Assembly (NCBI GenBank): GCA_948471115.1
Contig: CAOKRJ010000003.1
Coordinates: 1 to 59,616, forward strand
DNA from: an uncultured Clostridium sp.
Lineage (GTDB): Bacteria; Bacillota; Clostridia; TANB77; CAG-508
Length of the DNA stretch: 59,616 nucleotides
Direction of reading: 5' to 3'
Part shown: piece by piece, positions 49,636 to 59,509 of the stretch
How the letters are laid out: every line of letters starts with the position of its first letter
Numbering within the stretch: position 1 is the first letter of the stretch
Translations under genes and position numbers: made by a program
Notes under the pieces: model-generated
What the model saw: only the letters and a program-made list of their open reading frames with translations
Told to the model about the DNA's origin: nothing
Databases searched by the model: none

Positions 49636-50243
49636 TTCATGTTACCTCCTCTTTTTGTATTTTTTTTATTTTCTTTTGCTATGAATATCTTTACACATAA
49701 TATTCCAGCTATTGCTGCACATATTGTAGCTATCCATACTGGAACAATGATTAATGTCGGACTTTTTGATTCTAGTGATACTCTTATTGCAATTATTGTT
49801 GTTGGAATTATTTGTAGAGAGGCTGTGTTTAGTACAATTAGCATTGCCATAGAGTCTGATAACTTCTCCTTATCCATATTATCTCTTTGTAATGTTTCCA
49901 TTGCTTTTAATCCTAATGGTGTTGATGCATTACCTATTCCTAAAATATTTGCTGTTATATTCATTGCTATTTGTTCTTTTGCTTCATTATTTTGTTTTAG
50001 TGTAGGGAATAACCAATTCATTATTGGATTTAGCATTTTTGTAAATTTCTTAATTAGACTTGTATTTTGTGCTATTTTCATAATTCCACACCATAAGCAC
50101 ATTGCTCCTAATAGATTTATACTTAATGAAACTGCCTCATTTACAGAATCGAAAATTTCCACATTAACTTTATCTATATTTCCTGCAAGTATTGCATAAA
50201 TATATGAAATTATTATAAATATTGGCCAAATAATATTTAACAT
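49626..50243 (-). CDS. spmA: spore maturation protein A
   Basis: Nucleoside-transporter-like membrane protein starting MLNIIWPIFIIISYIYAILAGN. AAGGAGA precedes the ATG at 50243. Overlaps the spmB start. Confidence 0.85.
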   Translation of the reverse strand: MLNIIWPIFIIISYIYAILAGNIDKVNVEIFDSVNEAVSLSINLLGAMCLWCGIMKIAQNTSLIKKFTKMLNPIMNWLFPTLKQNNEAKEQIAMNITANILGIGNASTPLGLKAMETLQRDNMDKEKLSDSMAMLIVLNTASLQIIPTTIIAIRVSLESKSPTLIIVPVWIATICAAIAGILCVKIFIAKENKKNTKRGGNMKWK

Positions 50244-50408
50244 TTTATCTCCTTTACTCCTATTAAACTTTATTCCGTAAAATAGAAAAAATACATTATT
50301 TTTCATAAATTTTTCATTGACCTTATTATACAAATTATGCTATTATATAAGTAGTTTTATTTTTTTACATTAAAAGAAAAAATGGCTGGCTTTTAAGGAG
50401 GAATTTCT

Positions 50409-50675
50409 ATGATAAAATCTACAGGAATTGTTAGAAGAATGGATGAACTAGGTCGAGTAGTAATACCCATGGAGCTTCGTAATCAATTCAAAATAGTCGA
50501 GAAAGATCCTATTGAGATTTTTGTCGATGGCTCTTCAATAATTTTAAGGAAATATGAACCTAATTGTATCTTTTGCGGAAATACAAAAAATTTATATGAA
50601 TATAAGGATAAACTTGTTTGTAATAAATGTGTTGAAAAACTTACTGGTTTACAAATTGAAGAAGCCGAAAAATGA
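50409..50675 (+). CDS. abrB: AbrB-family transition-state regulator
   Basis: SpoVT/AbrB swapped-hairpin N-terminus STGIVRRMDELGRVVIPMELR and the clostridial C-terminal CIFCG...C..C tail. TGA stop. Confidence 0.9.
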   Translation: MIKSTGIVRRMDELGRVVIPMELRNQFKIVEKDPIEIFVDGSSIILRKYEPNCIFCGNTKNLYEYKDKLVCNKCVEKLTGLQIEEAEK

Positions 50676-50688
50676 TGGATTAACTCCA

Positions 50689-51516
50689 TCATTTTTTATT
50701 TATAAATTGTCTATATACTTCATTTTTGCGTAAATTTCTATCTTTAGCAATTTGTTTAATTATATCTTTATTTTCATATCCCAATTTTTCATAATATTTG
50801 TAATGTTCTTCTATGCTTATTTCATTTAATTCTTTATTATTTTCTATTTTTTCACCTTTTTCTATTATAATTACATATTCTCCTTTTGGTTCTTGAGTTT
50901 TCTCAATAACTTCATCTATTGTTCCACTTTCAAAGCTTTCATGAATTTTAGTTATTTCATGTGCTAGTACAATTTTTCTGTTTTGCATTATTTCTTTTAA
51001 ATCTTTTAATGTTTCTTTTAATTTGTGTGGTGCTTCATATATTATTGTAGTATTTTTTGCAAATTTAATTTCTTTTAATTTTTCTTTTCTATTTTTATTG
51101 TTCATTGGCAAAAATCCAATAAATGTAAATTCTTTTGTGTCTAACCCTGATGCAATTAATGCACAAATTAAAGCACATGCTCCAGGTATTGGTATTACTT
51201 TTATATTATTTTTTATTGCTTCTTTTACTACCTCCTCACCCGGATCTGATATTCCTGGTGTTCCTGCATCTGTTACTAGTGCTATATTATTTCCCTCTAA
51301 TATCTTTTCAATTATTTCATTTATTCTTTTTTCATTGCTATGTCTTTGATAACTTATTAAAGGTTTCGATATTTCTAAGTGATTTAATAGTTGCAATGTG
51401 TGCCTTGTATCTTCTGCTACTATTATATCCGCTTCTTTTAATATTTTAATTGCTCTTAATGTAATGTCTTCTAGATTTCCTATTGGTGTTGCTACTAAAT
51501 ATAAATTTCCTATCAT
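50689..51516 (-). CDS. rsmI: 16S rRNA (cytidine1402-2'-O)-methyltransferase
   Basis: GNLYLVATPIGNLEDITLRA N-terminus and a tetrapyrrole-methylase fold. abrB is the neighbour, as in Bacillus (yabC). Confidence 0.9.
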   Translation of the reverse strand: MIGNLYLVATPIGNLEDITLRAIKILKEADIIVAEDTRHTLQLLNHLEISKPLISYQRHSNEKRINEIIEKILEGNNIALVTDAGTPGISDPGEEVVKEAIKNNIKVIPIPGACALICALIASGLDTKEFTFIGFLPMNNKNRKEKLKEIKFAKNTTIIYEAPHKLKETLKDLKEIMQNRKIVLAHEITKIHESFESGTIDEVIEKTQEPKGEYVIIIEKGEKIENNKELNEISIEEHYKYYEKLGYENKDIIKQIAKDRNLRKNEVYRQFINKK

Positions 51517-51539
51517 TATTTCTCCCTTCTAACTTTGTA

Positions 51540-52039
51540 TTAATTTTTTTCAAATTCAAGAAGTCTCTTTTTTTTATCTCCACTCCACCAGCATATCCTG
51601 CTAAATCGCCTTTAGCTCCTATTACTCTATGACAAGGTATAATTATTGATATAGGATTATGTCCTACTGCACCTTCTACTGCCTGTGCAGACATTCTTTC
51701 TTTGTTTTGTATTTTGGCTACTTTTTTTGCTATTTCTCCATATGTAATAACTTTTCCGTATGGAATTTCTCTTAGAATCCCTCATATTATTTGTCTAAAT
51801 TCTCCTCCTATAGGTTTTAGCGGAAGTTCAAAACTTGAAGGCTTGTCTCCTCTGAAATATCTTTCTAGCCATTTTTTTGCTTTATTTAATATATCTATAT
51901 TTTCTGCTAATTTCATTTGACCTGAAACTGTACGACCAAAGTATTTCTGTCCCTTTATCCAGATTCCATTAATATTATCTTCATCACTTGAAATCGTTAA
52001 TTTTCATATTGGAGAATTATATTTTGTATAGTAAAACAT
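51540..52039 (-). pseudogene. ogt: methylated-DNA-protein-cysteine methyltransferase, three lesions
   Basis: The ATG at 52039 has a GAGGT RBS. In-frame TGA at 52004-52006 falls in YNSPI*KLTISS. In-frame TGA at 51782-51784 falls in FRQII*GILREIPYG, where family members have Trp. The active site IPCHRVIG is intact. An A8 run (51568-51575) shifts the frame, and one extra A would restore ...KKKRLLEFEKN*. Confidence 0.8.
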
Positions 52040-52058
52040 TCTATTACCTCATTTAATA

Positions 52059-52802
52059 TTACTTTTTTTCATATATTTCTAAAATTTCATCTGTATATGT
52101 TCCATCACCATTATATACAATTAATGGCTCATCAACCTTCAAAAATTCTCCCCCATATTTTACAGCTTTTACTAATAATCCATTTGGTGCTTTATTCTTC
52201 TTGGGATATATAAACTGTATTTCTTTTGGCTCTAGTTTATATTTTCTTAAATATTCAAATATATCTATTATTCTTTCTGGTCTATTTATCATATAAAATG
52301 TTCCATAATCTTTTAATTTCTCCGATGCAACTATTATAAAATCTTCTAGATTAGCAGTTGTTTCATGCCTTGAAATCATTTTTACATTATTTTCATTTAA
52401 AATTCCTGTTTCTTTCTTTTTATATGGTGGGTTTGTTATTACTACATCGAATTTGGCTTGTCCATTTTCTTTTAATATATTTTTTATGTCCTTGTTAATT
52501 ACTTGTACACTATCTTCTAAGTTATTTAATTTTACACTTCTTTTTGCCATCTCTGCTACTTCTTTTTGTATTTCTATTGCTGTTATTTTAGAGTTCTCCA
52601 CTTTTTTAGATAGTAATATTGCTATTATACCAGTACCTGTTCCTAAATCTAATATTTTACTTCCCTTTTTCTCTTTCTTTGCGAAATTTGCTAATATTAC
52701 ACTATCCATTCCAAAACAGAACCATTCTTTATTTTGAATTATTTTTAATCCTTTATATTCTAAATCATCAATTCTCTCGTTCTCTTTTACTTCTATCTCC
52801 AT
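52059..52802 (-). CDS. yabB: SAM-dependent methyltransferase, YabB / tRNA(adenine37-N6) type
   Basis: ILDLGTGTGII SAM motif and the VITNPPY catalytic motif. Confidence 0.8.
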   Translation of the reverse strand: MEIEVKENERIDDLEYKGLKIIQNKEWFCFGMDSVILANFAKKEKKGSKILDLGTGTGIIAILLSKKVENSKITAIEIQKEVAEMAKRSVKLNNLEDSVQVINKDIKNILKENGQAKFDVVITNPPYKKKETGILNENNVKMISRHETTANLEDFIIVASEKLKDYGTFYMINRPERIIDIFEYLRKYKLEPKEIQFIYPKKNKAPNGLLVKAVKYGGEFLKVDEPLIVYNGDGTYTDEILEIYEKK

Positions 52803-52868
52803 CTTATCCTCACATATTAAATTTTCTAGAAATGTTATAATTTATTGTACTATTAGTAAAATTCTCTT

Positions 52869-53540
52869 TTATACATTTTTTATGTATTTTTTTCCTCTTT
52901 CAAATTCAATTTCTACAAAATTAGATACTTTTTGAACTATATTTGCATCATTAATATCAAAAATTACTGAATAAATTAAATATTCCTCCCAAATCATTAA
53001 TGCTTCTTTATCCTTATCCTTTAATAAACTATAGTCATTTATATATTGCTTTAATCCTTCAATATTTTTATTGATTTCTTCACCTTTTTCTGTTCTTCTA
53101 TACGAATTAATTTGCATTATATAGTAAATAAAAGTTCCTACTGTTCCATATATTACTTCTATCCAAATAATAAAAAACGCAATAAATCCTAGAATTGTAC
53201 TCATTACTTTAATAACATTATTTTCATCATTATTATTCAATATCATGATACCATCATTTTCAATTTTTACTTTTCCCTTTAATTCCAAACTTAAAATAGT
53301 TGAAACAATCTCTCTTTTATAATTTACTTTAAAATCATCTATATAACTTAGCTCGGCAGGACTATATGTTTTTAAAATTGTACGATAGTATTCTTTATCT
53401 CTGGAAAAATCAATTTTACTCATATTTTCTTTTCTAGATTTATTAGCTGAATGTTTTATAAAAAAATGAAAAATTACACATTGTATTATCATAAATAGAA
53501 TACCAATTACCATATTTAATAGTAAAAATAATATATTCAT
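52869..53540 (-). CDS. DUF2207-like membrane protein (short form)
   Basis: TM segments plus RRTEKGEEINKNIEGLKQYINDYSLL...MIWEEYLIYSVIF, resembling the DUF2207 C-terminal region. Confidence 0.6.
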   Translation of the reverse strand: MNILFLLLNMVIGILFMIIQCVIFHFFIKHSANKSRKENMSKIDFSRDKEYYRTILKTYSPAELSYIDDFKVNYKREIVSTILSLELKGKVKIENDGIMILNNNDENNVIKVMSTILGFIAFFIIWIEVIYGTVGTFIYYIMQINSYRRTEKGEEINKNIEGLKQYINDYSLLKDKDKEALMIWEEYLIYSVIFDINDANIVQKVSNFVEIEFERGKKYIKNV

Positions 53541-53758
53541 ACTAGTCTCCTACATACAAATACTATTAATCAAGATAATTATAGCATAGGCATACTATGT
53601 CCGCAACCTAATTTTTAAAATCTTATTTTTTATCACAGTTTTTTGACTGTAATAGTTTTCTGTATGGTAAATTTAAAATTAATATATATATTTAAATAAA
53701 AGATTGGAGACTGCCCTAGAATAGGATATCTTCTTTGCTGATATTTTATATAACAAAA

Positions 53759-53903
53759 TCAGAACATGACAATAATAAGAATAACTAAGTATAGTAAAAG
53801 CCCAATGAACCGAACAATTTCTCTTTTTCTGTTATTCATCATTGCTACAGGACCTTATTAAAAGACCTATTAATGCCAAACTTACGAAAAAATCCTTTTC
53901 CAT
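53759..53903 (-). other. two overlapping hydrophobic mini-ORFs (23 and 27 aa)
   Basis: ATG at 53903 (after GAAAGGTGA) gives MEKDFFVSLALIGLLIRSCSNDE*. ATG at 53842 in another frame gives MMNNRKREIVRFIGLLLYLVILIIVMF*. This may be one frameshifted two-TM peptide, or noise. Confidence 0.25.
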
Positions 53904-54100
53904 AATATTATATCACCTTTCTTTAAATTTATTTAATTGCATCATATTGTATTAAAATGAATTATAAAATATTTATTAAATAAAGACAATAATAATATAC
54001 TATTTTCCTTTTCTCCTCACACATTAATATTTCATGGAATATTATATATTAAAATTTTTAATTTTTCAATAAATTGTTGCTTAATAGAAAGGATGATTCT

Positions 54101-54307
54101 ATGGATGAGAGATTATTTTATCGTTCTGCACCCAATAAGTCAGAAGCTCCACCTCCACCACCTAAAAATAAGCCTAAAAATAATAAAATAAATTTTAAAG
54201 AAAAAAAGAATAATACTATTAAATCCTTAAATGAAGTCGAAGGATTTTTAAATGATTTTAAACATTTTAAGCGATACATTCATCTTATAAATTTTTTAAA
54301 TGATTAA
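54101..54307 (+). CDS. small hypothetical basic protein
   Basis: MDERLFYRSAPNKSEAPPPPPKNKPKNNK... AAAGGA lies upstream of the ATG at 54101. No family recognised. Confidence 0.5.
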   Translation: MDERLFYRSAPNKSEAPPPPPKNKPKNNKINFKEKKNNTIKSLNEVEGFLNDFKHFKRYIHLINFLND

Positions 54308-54318
54308 AAGCAGTGCTT

Positions 54319-54870
54319 TTAATCATTTCTCTGAAAATTCTCTTGAAAGTTTACATTTCCATCTTTAAATCCTAAATTTTCTTCTCCATCAATAAAAATT
54401 CTAACAAAGTTCACCTCATTTAATTCTGTTAAAGTATTTACAATAGAATATATTGTCTTACTTTCATTATCCAATCCACCTTCATGATTGTTAATAAATT
54501 CCTTAGATAAATCTACATGTATACATTCTCCATTAATATTTATATCATTTATTTTTGTTCCCTCTGGTATTGTTTCTTGTAAATTTTCAGTTTTAGGACC
54601 TTCTATTAACATTTCTACTAATGCTTTGTATGGATTATTTGCCAATGCCTTAACATCCATCATTCTATTTTCTTTAGTTAATTCTCCTGTCTGCTTATCT
54701 TTAAAATATAAAGATATCATCGTCTTTCGTTCTTGCTCTTCACTAATCTCTTCTTGTGGTATTATTTCTCCTTGTACAACCTCTTCTTGTCTATCTCTTG
54801 TACAAAAGAAAATTATACCTCCTATTATTAATAAAATTACCAATACTATTACTAGTCTTTTAAATTTCAT
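54319..54870 (-). CDS. GerMN-domain (germane) lipoprotein-like protein
   Basis: N-terminal TM, ISLYFKDK...NPYKALVEMLIEGP...TIPEGTKIN...YSIVNTLTELNEVNFVRIFIDGEE. Confidence 0.8.
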   Translation of the reverse strand: MKFKRLVIVLVILLIIGGIIFFCTRDRQEEVVQGEIIPQEEISEEQERKTMISLYFKDKQTGELTKENRMMDVKALANNPYKALVEMLIEGPKTENLQETIPEGTKINDININGECIHVDLSKEFINNHEGGLDNESKTIYSIVNTLTELNEVNFVRIFIDGEENLGFKDGNVNFQENFQRND

Positions 54871-54966
54871 ACTTTCTCCTCCTTTTTAACAAATCCTTTG
54901 ATTTTCTTCTCTTTAATGTATATTATCTTGTTTATCTTTTAGAACCCTTTTTTCCACTTTCTTACA

Positions 54967-54995
54967 TTGACAAAATTAATAATTCATTGTAGAAT
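54967..54995 (+). promoter_or_regulatory. candidate sigma-A promoter of the CoA-activase gene
   Basis: TTGACA (54967-54972), 17 nt, TAGAAT (54990-54995). This would give a ~160-nt leader. Confidence 0.45.
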
Positions 54996-55159
54996 GTGTT
55001 ATGATTATAAGCACATATAAAGAGTTTTTATTTAATAAAATTTAATAAAAATTCTGAAATCTTTCATATTTATTTTTAACGAGAAACTAACTATTTTATT
55101 TGACTTCTCTAAATATAGAAATTTTTCTTAGTTTATAATTAAGGAGGATTTATAATTTT

Positions 55160-58100
55160 ATGGAAAATAATAATATATTGCATGTTGGTCTTGATGTTGG
55201 ATCTACAACTGTAAAGATAGTTGTATTAGATGAAAATTTAATTACTATATATGCTGCATATGAGAGACATTTTTCAGATACCAAAAATACTGTATGTAAT
55301 GTTTTGAACACACTTGTAGATAAGTATCCAAACTACAATTTTTCTATTTCGCTTACTGGATCAGGTGCTATGTCTGCTGCTAAATTTTTAGATTTACCCT
55401 TTATTCAAGAAGTCGTATCTTGTAAACATGCAGTTGAAAAATACCTACCAAAAACTGATGTAGTAATAGAACTTGGCGGAGAAGATGCCAAAATTATATA
55501 TTTTGATAAATTTGTTGAGCAACGTATGAATGGAACATGTGCAGGAGGAACAGGTGCTTTTATAGACCAGATGGCAAGTTTATTACATACGGATACAAAA
55601 GGTTTAAACGAATTAGCAAAAAACTATAAAACAATATATCCTATAGCTTCTAGATGTGGTGTTTTTGCAAAAACTGATATACAGCCATTAATTAATGAAG
55701 GTGCAGCCAAAGAAGATATCGCTGTTTCTATATTTCAAGCTGTAGTTAATCAAACTATAAGTGGTCTTGCATGTGGTAGACCTATCCATGGTCATGTAGC
55801 TTTCTTAGGTGGACCTTTGAATTATCTCTCTGAATTAAGAAAAAGATTTATAGAAACTCTAGGACTAAATGATGATACAATAATTATTCCAGAAGATGCA
55901 CATTTACTTGTTGCAAAAGGTGCAGCTCTTGATTCTGTAAAAACTAACGTTATATCTACTCAAAAATTAAAAAGCAAGATTGAAGTATTAAAAGTCTCAC
56001 ATGATGATACTACAAAACCTCTAAAACCTCTATTTTCTCTTGATTTCGAATACGATGAATTTAAAAATAGACATTTAAAGGCAACAGTTAAAAGAGGAAA
56101 TCTGGAAACTTTCAAAGGAGATTGTTTTCTTGGTATAGATGCTGGTTCTACAACTACTAAGCTAGTTTTAATTGACAATGATGGAAACTTATTGTATTCA
56201 TTATATAAGAATAACGAAGGTGATCCATTAAAAAGTGTTATAAAAATGCTAAAAAGAACTTACTCTGTTCTTCCTAAAGAATCAACTTTACGATTCGCTG
56301 GTGTTACAGGTTATGGAGAAAAGTTAATACAAACCGCTTTAAATGTAGATTTAAATGAAATCGAAACTATTGCTCATTACAGAGCTGCTTCTGAATTTAT
56401 GCCTAATGTAACTAGTATAGTTGATATCGGTGGTCAAGACATGAAATATATAAAAATAAAAAATGGTATAATTGATAATATAATGTTAAATGAAGCATGT
56501 TCCTCTGGATGTGGCTCATTTATTGAAACATTTGCAAAAAGTCTAAATCTATCAATAGATGATTTTGTAGAGACTGCTTTAGAATCTAGAACTCCTGTGG
56601 ATTTAGGTTCAAGATGTACTGTTTTTATGAATTCTAAAATTAAACAGGCTCAAAAAGAAGGATATTCTGTCGGTGATATTTCTGCTGGACTATCATACTC
56701 TGTAATAAAAAATGCAATTCAAAAAGTTATGAAAGTAAGGGATTCTGAGACTTTAGGAAATCATATTGTAGTTCAAGGTGGAACGTTTTATAATGATGCT
56801 GTACTTCGTGCTTTTGAGTTAATTGTCGGAAAAGAAGTTGTTCGTCCTGACATATCTGGATTAATGGGTGCTTATGGTGTTGCTTTACTTGCAAAGGAAC
56901 AATTCGAATCAAATTTAGATATGGAATATACATCTACTTTAACCAAGTTAGAAGATTTAGATAATTTGGATATAAAAATTACTCACACACGTTGTAATGG
57001 TTGCGAAAATCATTGTTTACTAACAGTAAATAAATTTAATAATAAAAAAAGCTATATTTCAGGAAACCGCTGTGAAAAAGGTGCTGGAATATTTTCATCT
57101 AACAAAGAATTACCTAATCTAATTAAATACAAAAATGATAGATTATTTAATTATGAACCTTTATCAGAAGATAAAGCGACTCGAGGAACTATTGGTATCC
57201 CTATGATTTTAAATATGTATGAAGATTATCCTTTTTGGTTTACCTTTCTTACACACTTAGGATTTAGAGTTATACTTTCAGAAAAAAGTACTCGTAAAAC
57301 TTATGAAAAAGGTATGGAATCAATGCCTTCTGAATCAGTATGTTATCCTGCTAAACTATCTCATGGACATATAAAAAACCTAATTGATTCTGGCATAAAA
57401 ACTATATTTTATCCTTGTATACCATATTCTAGAAAAGAATATGAAAAAGCAGATAATCATTACAATTGTCCTATTATAATTTCTTACTCTGAAGTATTGA
57501 AAAATAATATTGAAGCATTGAAAGATATTAAATATATTAATCCATTTTTACCATTAGACTCAAAAAAATTAGTAAAAAGGATATTAGAATTAGATGAATT
57601 CACAGAATATAAGTTTACCAGAAAAGAATTATGTGAAGCAGTTGAGCTTGCAGAAAATGAATATCAAAGGTTTAAAAATGATATCCATCAGAAAGGTCAA
57701 GAAGCTTTAGAATATATGAATCAACACAATTTAAAAGGTCTCGTTTTATCAGGTAGACCTTATCATATTGATCCTGAAATTAATCATGGTATAGATACAT
57801 TAATTACAGGACTTGGTCTCTGTGTTTTAACAGAAGACTCAATTTCAAATCTTACACAGGTTAAAAGACCTTTGCGTGTAGTAGATCAATGGGTATATCA
57901 TGCAAGACTATATGCAGCTGCTGACTTTGTTGGAAAACATGATAATTTAGAATTTGTCCAATTAAACTCATTTGGATGTGGTGTTGACGCAGTCACGACA
58001 GATCAAGTTGAAGAAATTCTTTCGAGCTATCAAAAAATGTATACTTTAATAAAAATAGATGAAGTTAATAACCTAGGAGCAGTTCGTATTCGTATACGTT

Positions 58101-59488
58101 CTCTTCTTGCAAGCATGGAAAAAAGGCTCTCTAAAAAGAAAAATAATGAACATACAACTGGAAATTATGTAATTAATAAAATTCCTTTTACAAAAAAAAT
58201 GAGAAAAGATTATACTATTTTAATACCCCAAATGGCTCCTATTCATTTTGAACTAATTGAATCCGCAGTTTCTTCTTGTGGATATAATGTAAAATTATTA
58301 AAGGAATGTACATCGCATACAGTAGAAACTGGTTTAAAATATGTAAACAATGATGCATGTTATCCTTCAATTTTAACTACAGGTCAAATGATAGAAGCAT
58401 TACAATCTGGTAAATATGACTTAAATAAAACCGCATTAATCATGTCTCAAACAGGTGGAGGATGTCGTGCAACTAATTACATTGGGTTTATTAGGAAAGC
58501 CTTAAAAGATGCAGGATTCCCCCAAATTCCAGTAATATCATTTAATGTTGTTGGTATGGAAAAAAACACAGGTTTTAAAATTTCTGCTGAAATGGCAGAA
58601 AAGCTATTAAAATCTATTGTATATGGTGACTTATTACAAAAAATGCTTATGAAGAATAAAGCTTATGAAATAAATAAAGGAGAGACCGAAAAGCTCTATA
58701 ACTCATGGATGGAAAAATGTAAAATAATTTTAAATAAATCTGGTATAAAAGAATTTAAAAAAAGTATTTATGATATAGTTGATGACTTTGAAAAAATTTC
58801 ATTAGATACCTCTATAAGGAAACCAAAAGTTGGAGTTGTAGGAGAGGTACTAATAAAATATCATCCATTTGGAAATAACTTCGTAGCAAATGTTTTAGAA
58901 AATGAAGGTGCAGAAGTAATACTTCCTGATTTTATGGGATTTATAAAATTTATCGCTACACACAAAATTACTTTTAATGAGCTTTTAAAAACTGCTAAAA
59001 CAAAAGCAACAATATTCAAATTAGCCATAAAATTAATGGATATATTTGAAAAAGATTTAAAAATAGCACTTAATAAATCAAAAAAAGGTTATTTACAACC
59101 ATGTAATATATGGGAATTAGAAGAAAAGGTAAAAGACATTTTATCCATTGGAAATCAGACTGGTGAAGGATGGTTCTTAACAGCTGAAATGATTGAATAT
59201 ATTGAACATGGTATTCCTAATATAGTTTGTGTTCAACCATTTGCATGTTTACCAAATCACGTTGTTGGAAAAGGTGTTATAAAGACTATTAGAGAAAAGT
59301 ATCCTATTGCTAATATTTCTCCTGTTGACTATGATCCAGGCGCTAGTGAAGCAAATCAAATAAATAGGATAAAACTATTAATGACAGTTGCAAAAGATAA
59401 TCTCGCAAAATCTGAACAAGAATTAAAAGCAATTAATTCAGAAAATGAAAATGAAATAAACAAAGTCGATAAATATCAATTTTTATAA
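55160..59488 (+). CDS. acyl-CoA dehydratase activase-related fusion protein (two BcrAD/BadFG ATPase domains + DUF2229/HgdB-like domains)
   Basis: Two acetate/sugar-kinase-fold modules (GLDVGSTTVKIVV and GIDAGSTTTKLVL, each with a later GG.DAK/GGQDMK). Cys-rich HTRCNGCENHC. A long C-terminal half typical of ~1400-aa clostridial CoA-substrate-specific enzyme activases. Confidence 0.85.
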   Translation: MENNNILHVGLDVGSTTVKIVVLDENLITIYAAYERHFSDTKNTVCNVLNTLVDKYPNYNFSISLTGSGAMSAAKFLDLPFIQEVVSCKHAVEKYLPKTDVVIELGGEDAKIIYFDKFVEQRMNGTCAGGTGAFIDQMASLLHTDTKGLNELAKNYKTIYPIASRCGVFAKTDIQPLINEGAAKEDIAVSIFQAVVNQTISGLACGRPIHGHVAFLGGPLNYLSELRKRFIETLGLNDDTIIIPEDAHLLVAKGAALDSVKTNVISTQKLKSKIEVLKVSHDDTTKPLKPLFSLDFEYDEFKNRHLKATVKRGNLETFKGDCFLGIDAGSTTTKLVLIDNDGNLLYSLYKNNEGDPLKSVIKMLKRTYSVLPKESTLRFAGVTGYGEKLIQTALNVDLNEIETIAHYRAASEFMPNVTSIVDIGGQDMKYIKIKNGIIDNIMLNEACSSGCGSFIETFAKSLNLSIDDFVETALESRTPVDLGSRCTVFMNSKIKQAQKEGYSVGDISAGLSYSVIKNAIQKVMKVRDSETLGNHIVVQGGTFYNDAVLRAFELIVGKEVVRPDISGLMGAYGVALLAKEQFESNLDMEYTSTLTKLEDLDNLDIKITHTRCNGCENHCLLTVNKFNNKKSYISGNRCEKGAGIFSSNKELPNLIKYKNDRLFNYEPLSEDKATRGTIGIPMILNMYEDYPFWFTFLTHLGFRVILSEKSTRKTYEKGMESMPSESVCYPAKLSHGHIKNLIDSGIKTIFYPCIPYSRKEYEKADNHYNCPIIISYSEVLKNNIEALKDIKYINPFLPLDSKKLVKRILELDEFTEYKFTRKELCEAVELAENEYQRFKNDIHQKGQEALEYMNQHNLKGLVLSGRPYHIDPEINHGIDTLITGLGLCVLTEDSISNLTQVKRPLRVVDQWVYHARLYAAADFVGKHDNLEFVQLNSFGCGVDAVTTDQVEEILSSYQKMYTLIKIDEVNNLGAVRIRIRSLLASMEKRLSKKKNNEHTTGNYVINKIPFTKKMRKDYTILIPQMAPIHFELIESAVSSCGYNVKLLKECTSHTVETGLKYVNNDACYPSILTTGQMIEALQSGKYDLNKTALIMSQTGGGCRATNYIGFIRKALKDAGFPQIPVISFNVVGMEKNTGFKISAEMAEKLLKSIVYGDLLQKMLMKNKAYEINKGETEKLYNSWMEKCKIILNKSGIKEFKKSIYDIVDDFEKISLDTSIRKPKVGVVGEVLIKYHPFGNNFVANVLENEGAEVILPDFMGFIKFIATHKITFNELLKTAKTKATIFKLAIKLMDIFEKDLKIALNKSKKGYLQPCNIWELEEKVKDILSIGNQTGEGWFLTAEMIEYIEHGIPNIVCVQPFACLPNHVVGKGVIKTIREKYPIANISPVDYDPGASEANQINRIKLLMTVAKDNLAKSEQELKAINSENENEINKVDKYQFL

Positions 59489-59509
59489 ATTATGTATATT
59501 TATAAGGAA

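Noticed and set aside
47918-52006. UGA reassignment (genetic code 4 or 25), suggested by three in-frame TGA codons at conserved positions.
   Set aside because: abrB (TGA at 50673-50675) and recR (ATGA overlap at 30100-30103) use TGA as an evident stop. Trp is encoded by TGG throughout the long intact ORFs, including the 2444-aa gene, which contains no TGA. Pseudogenisation is the simpler reading.
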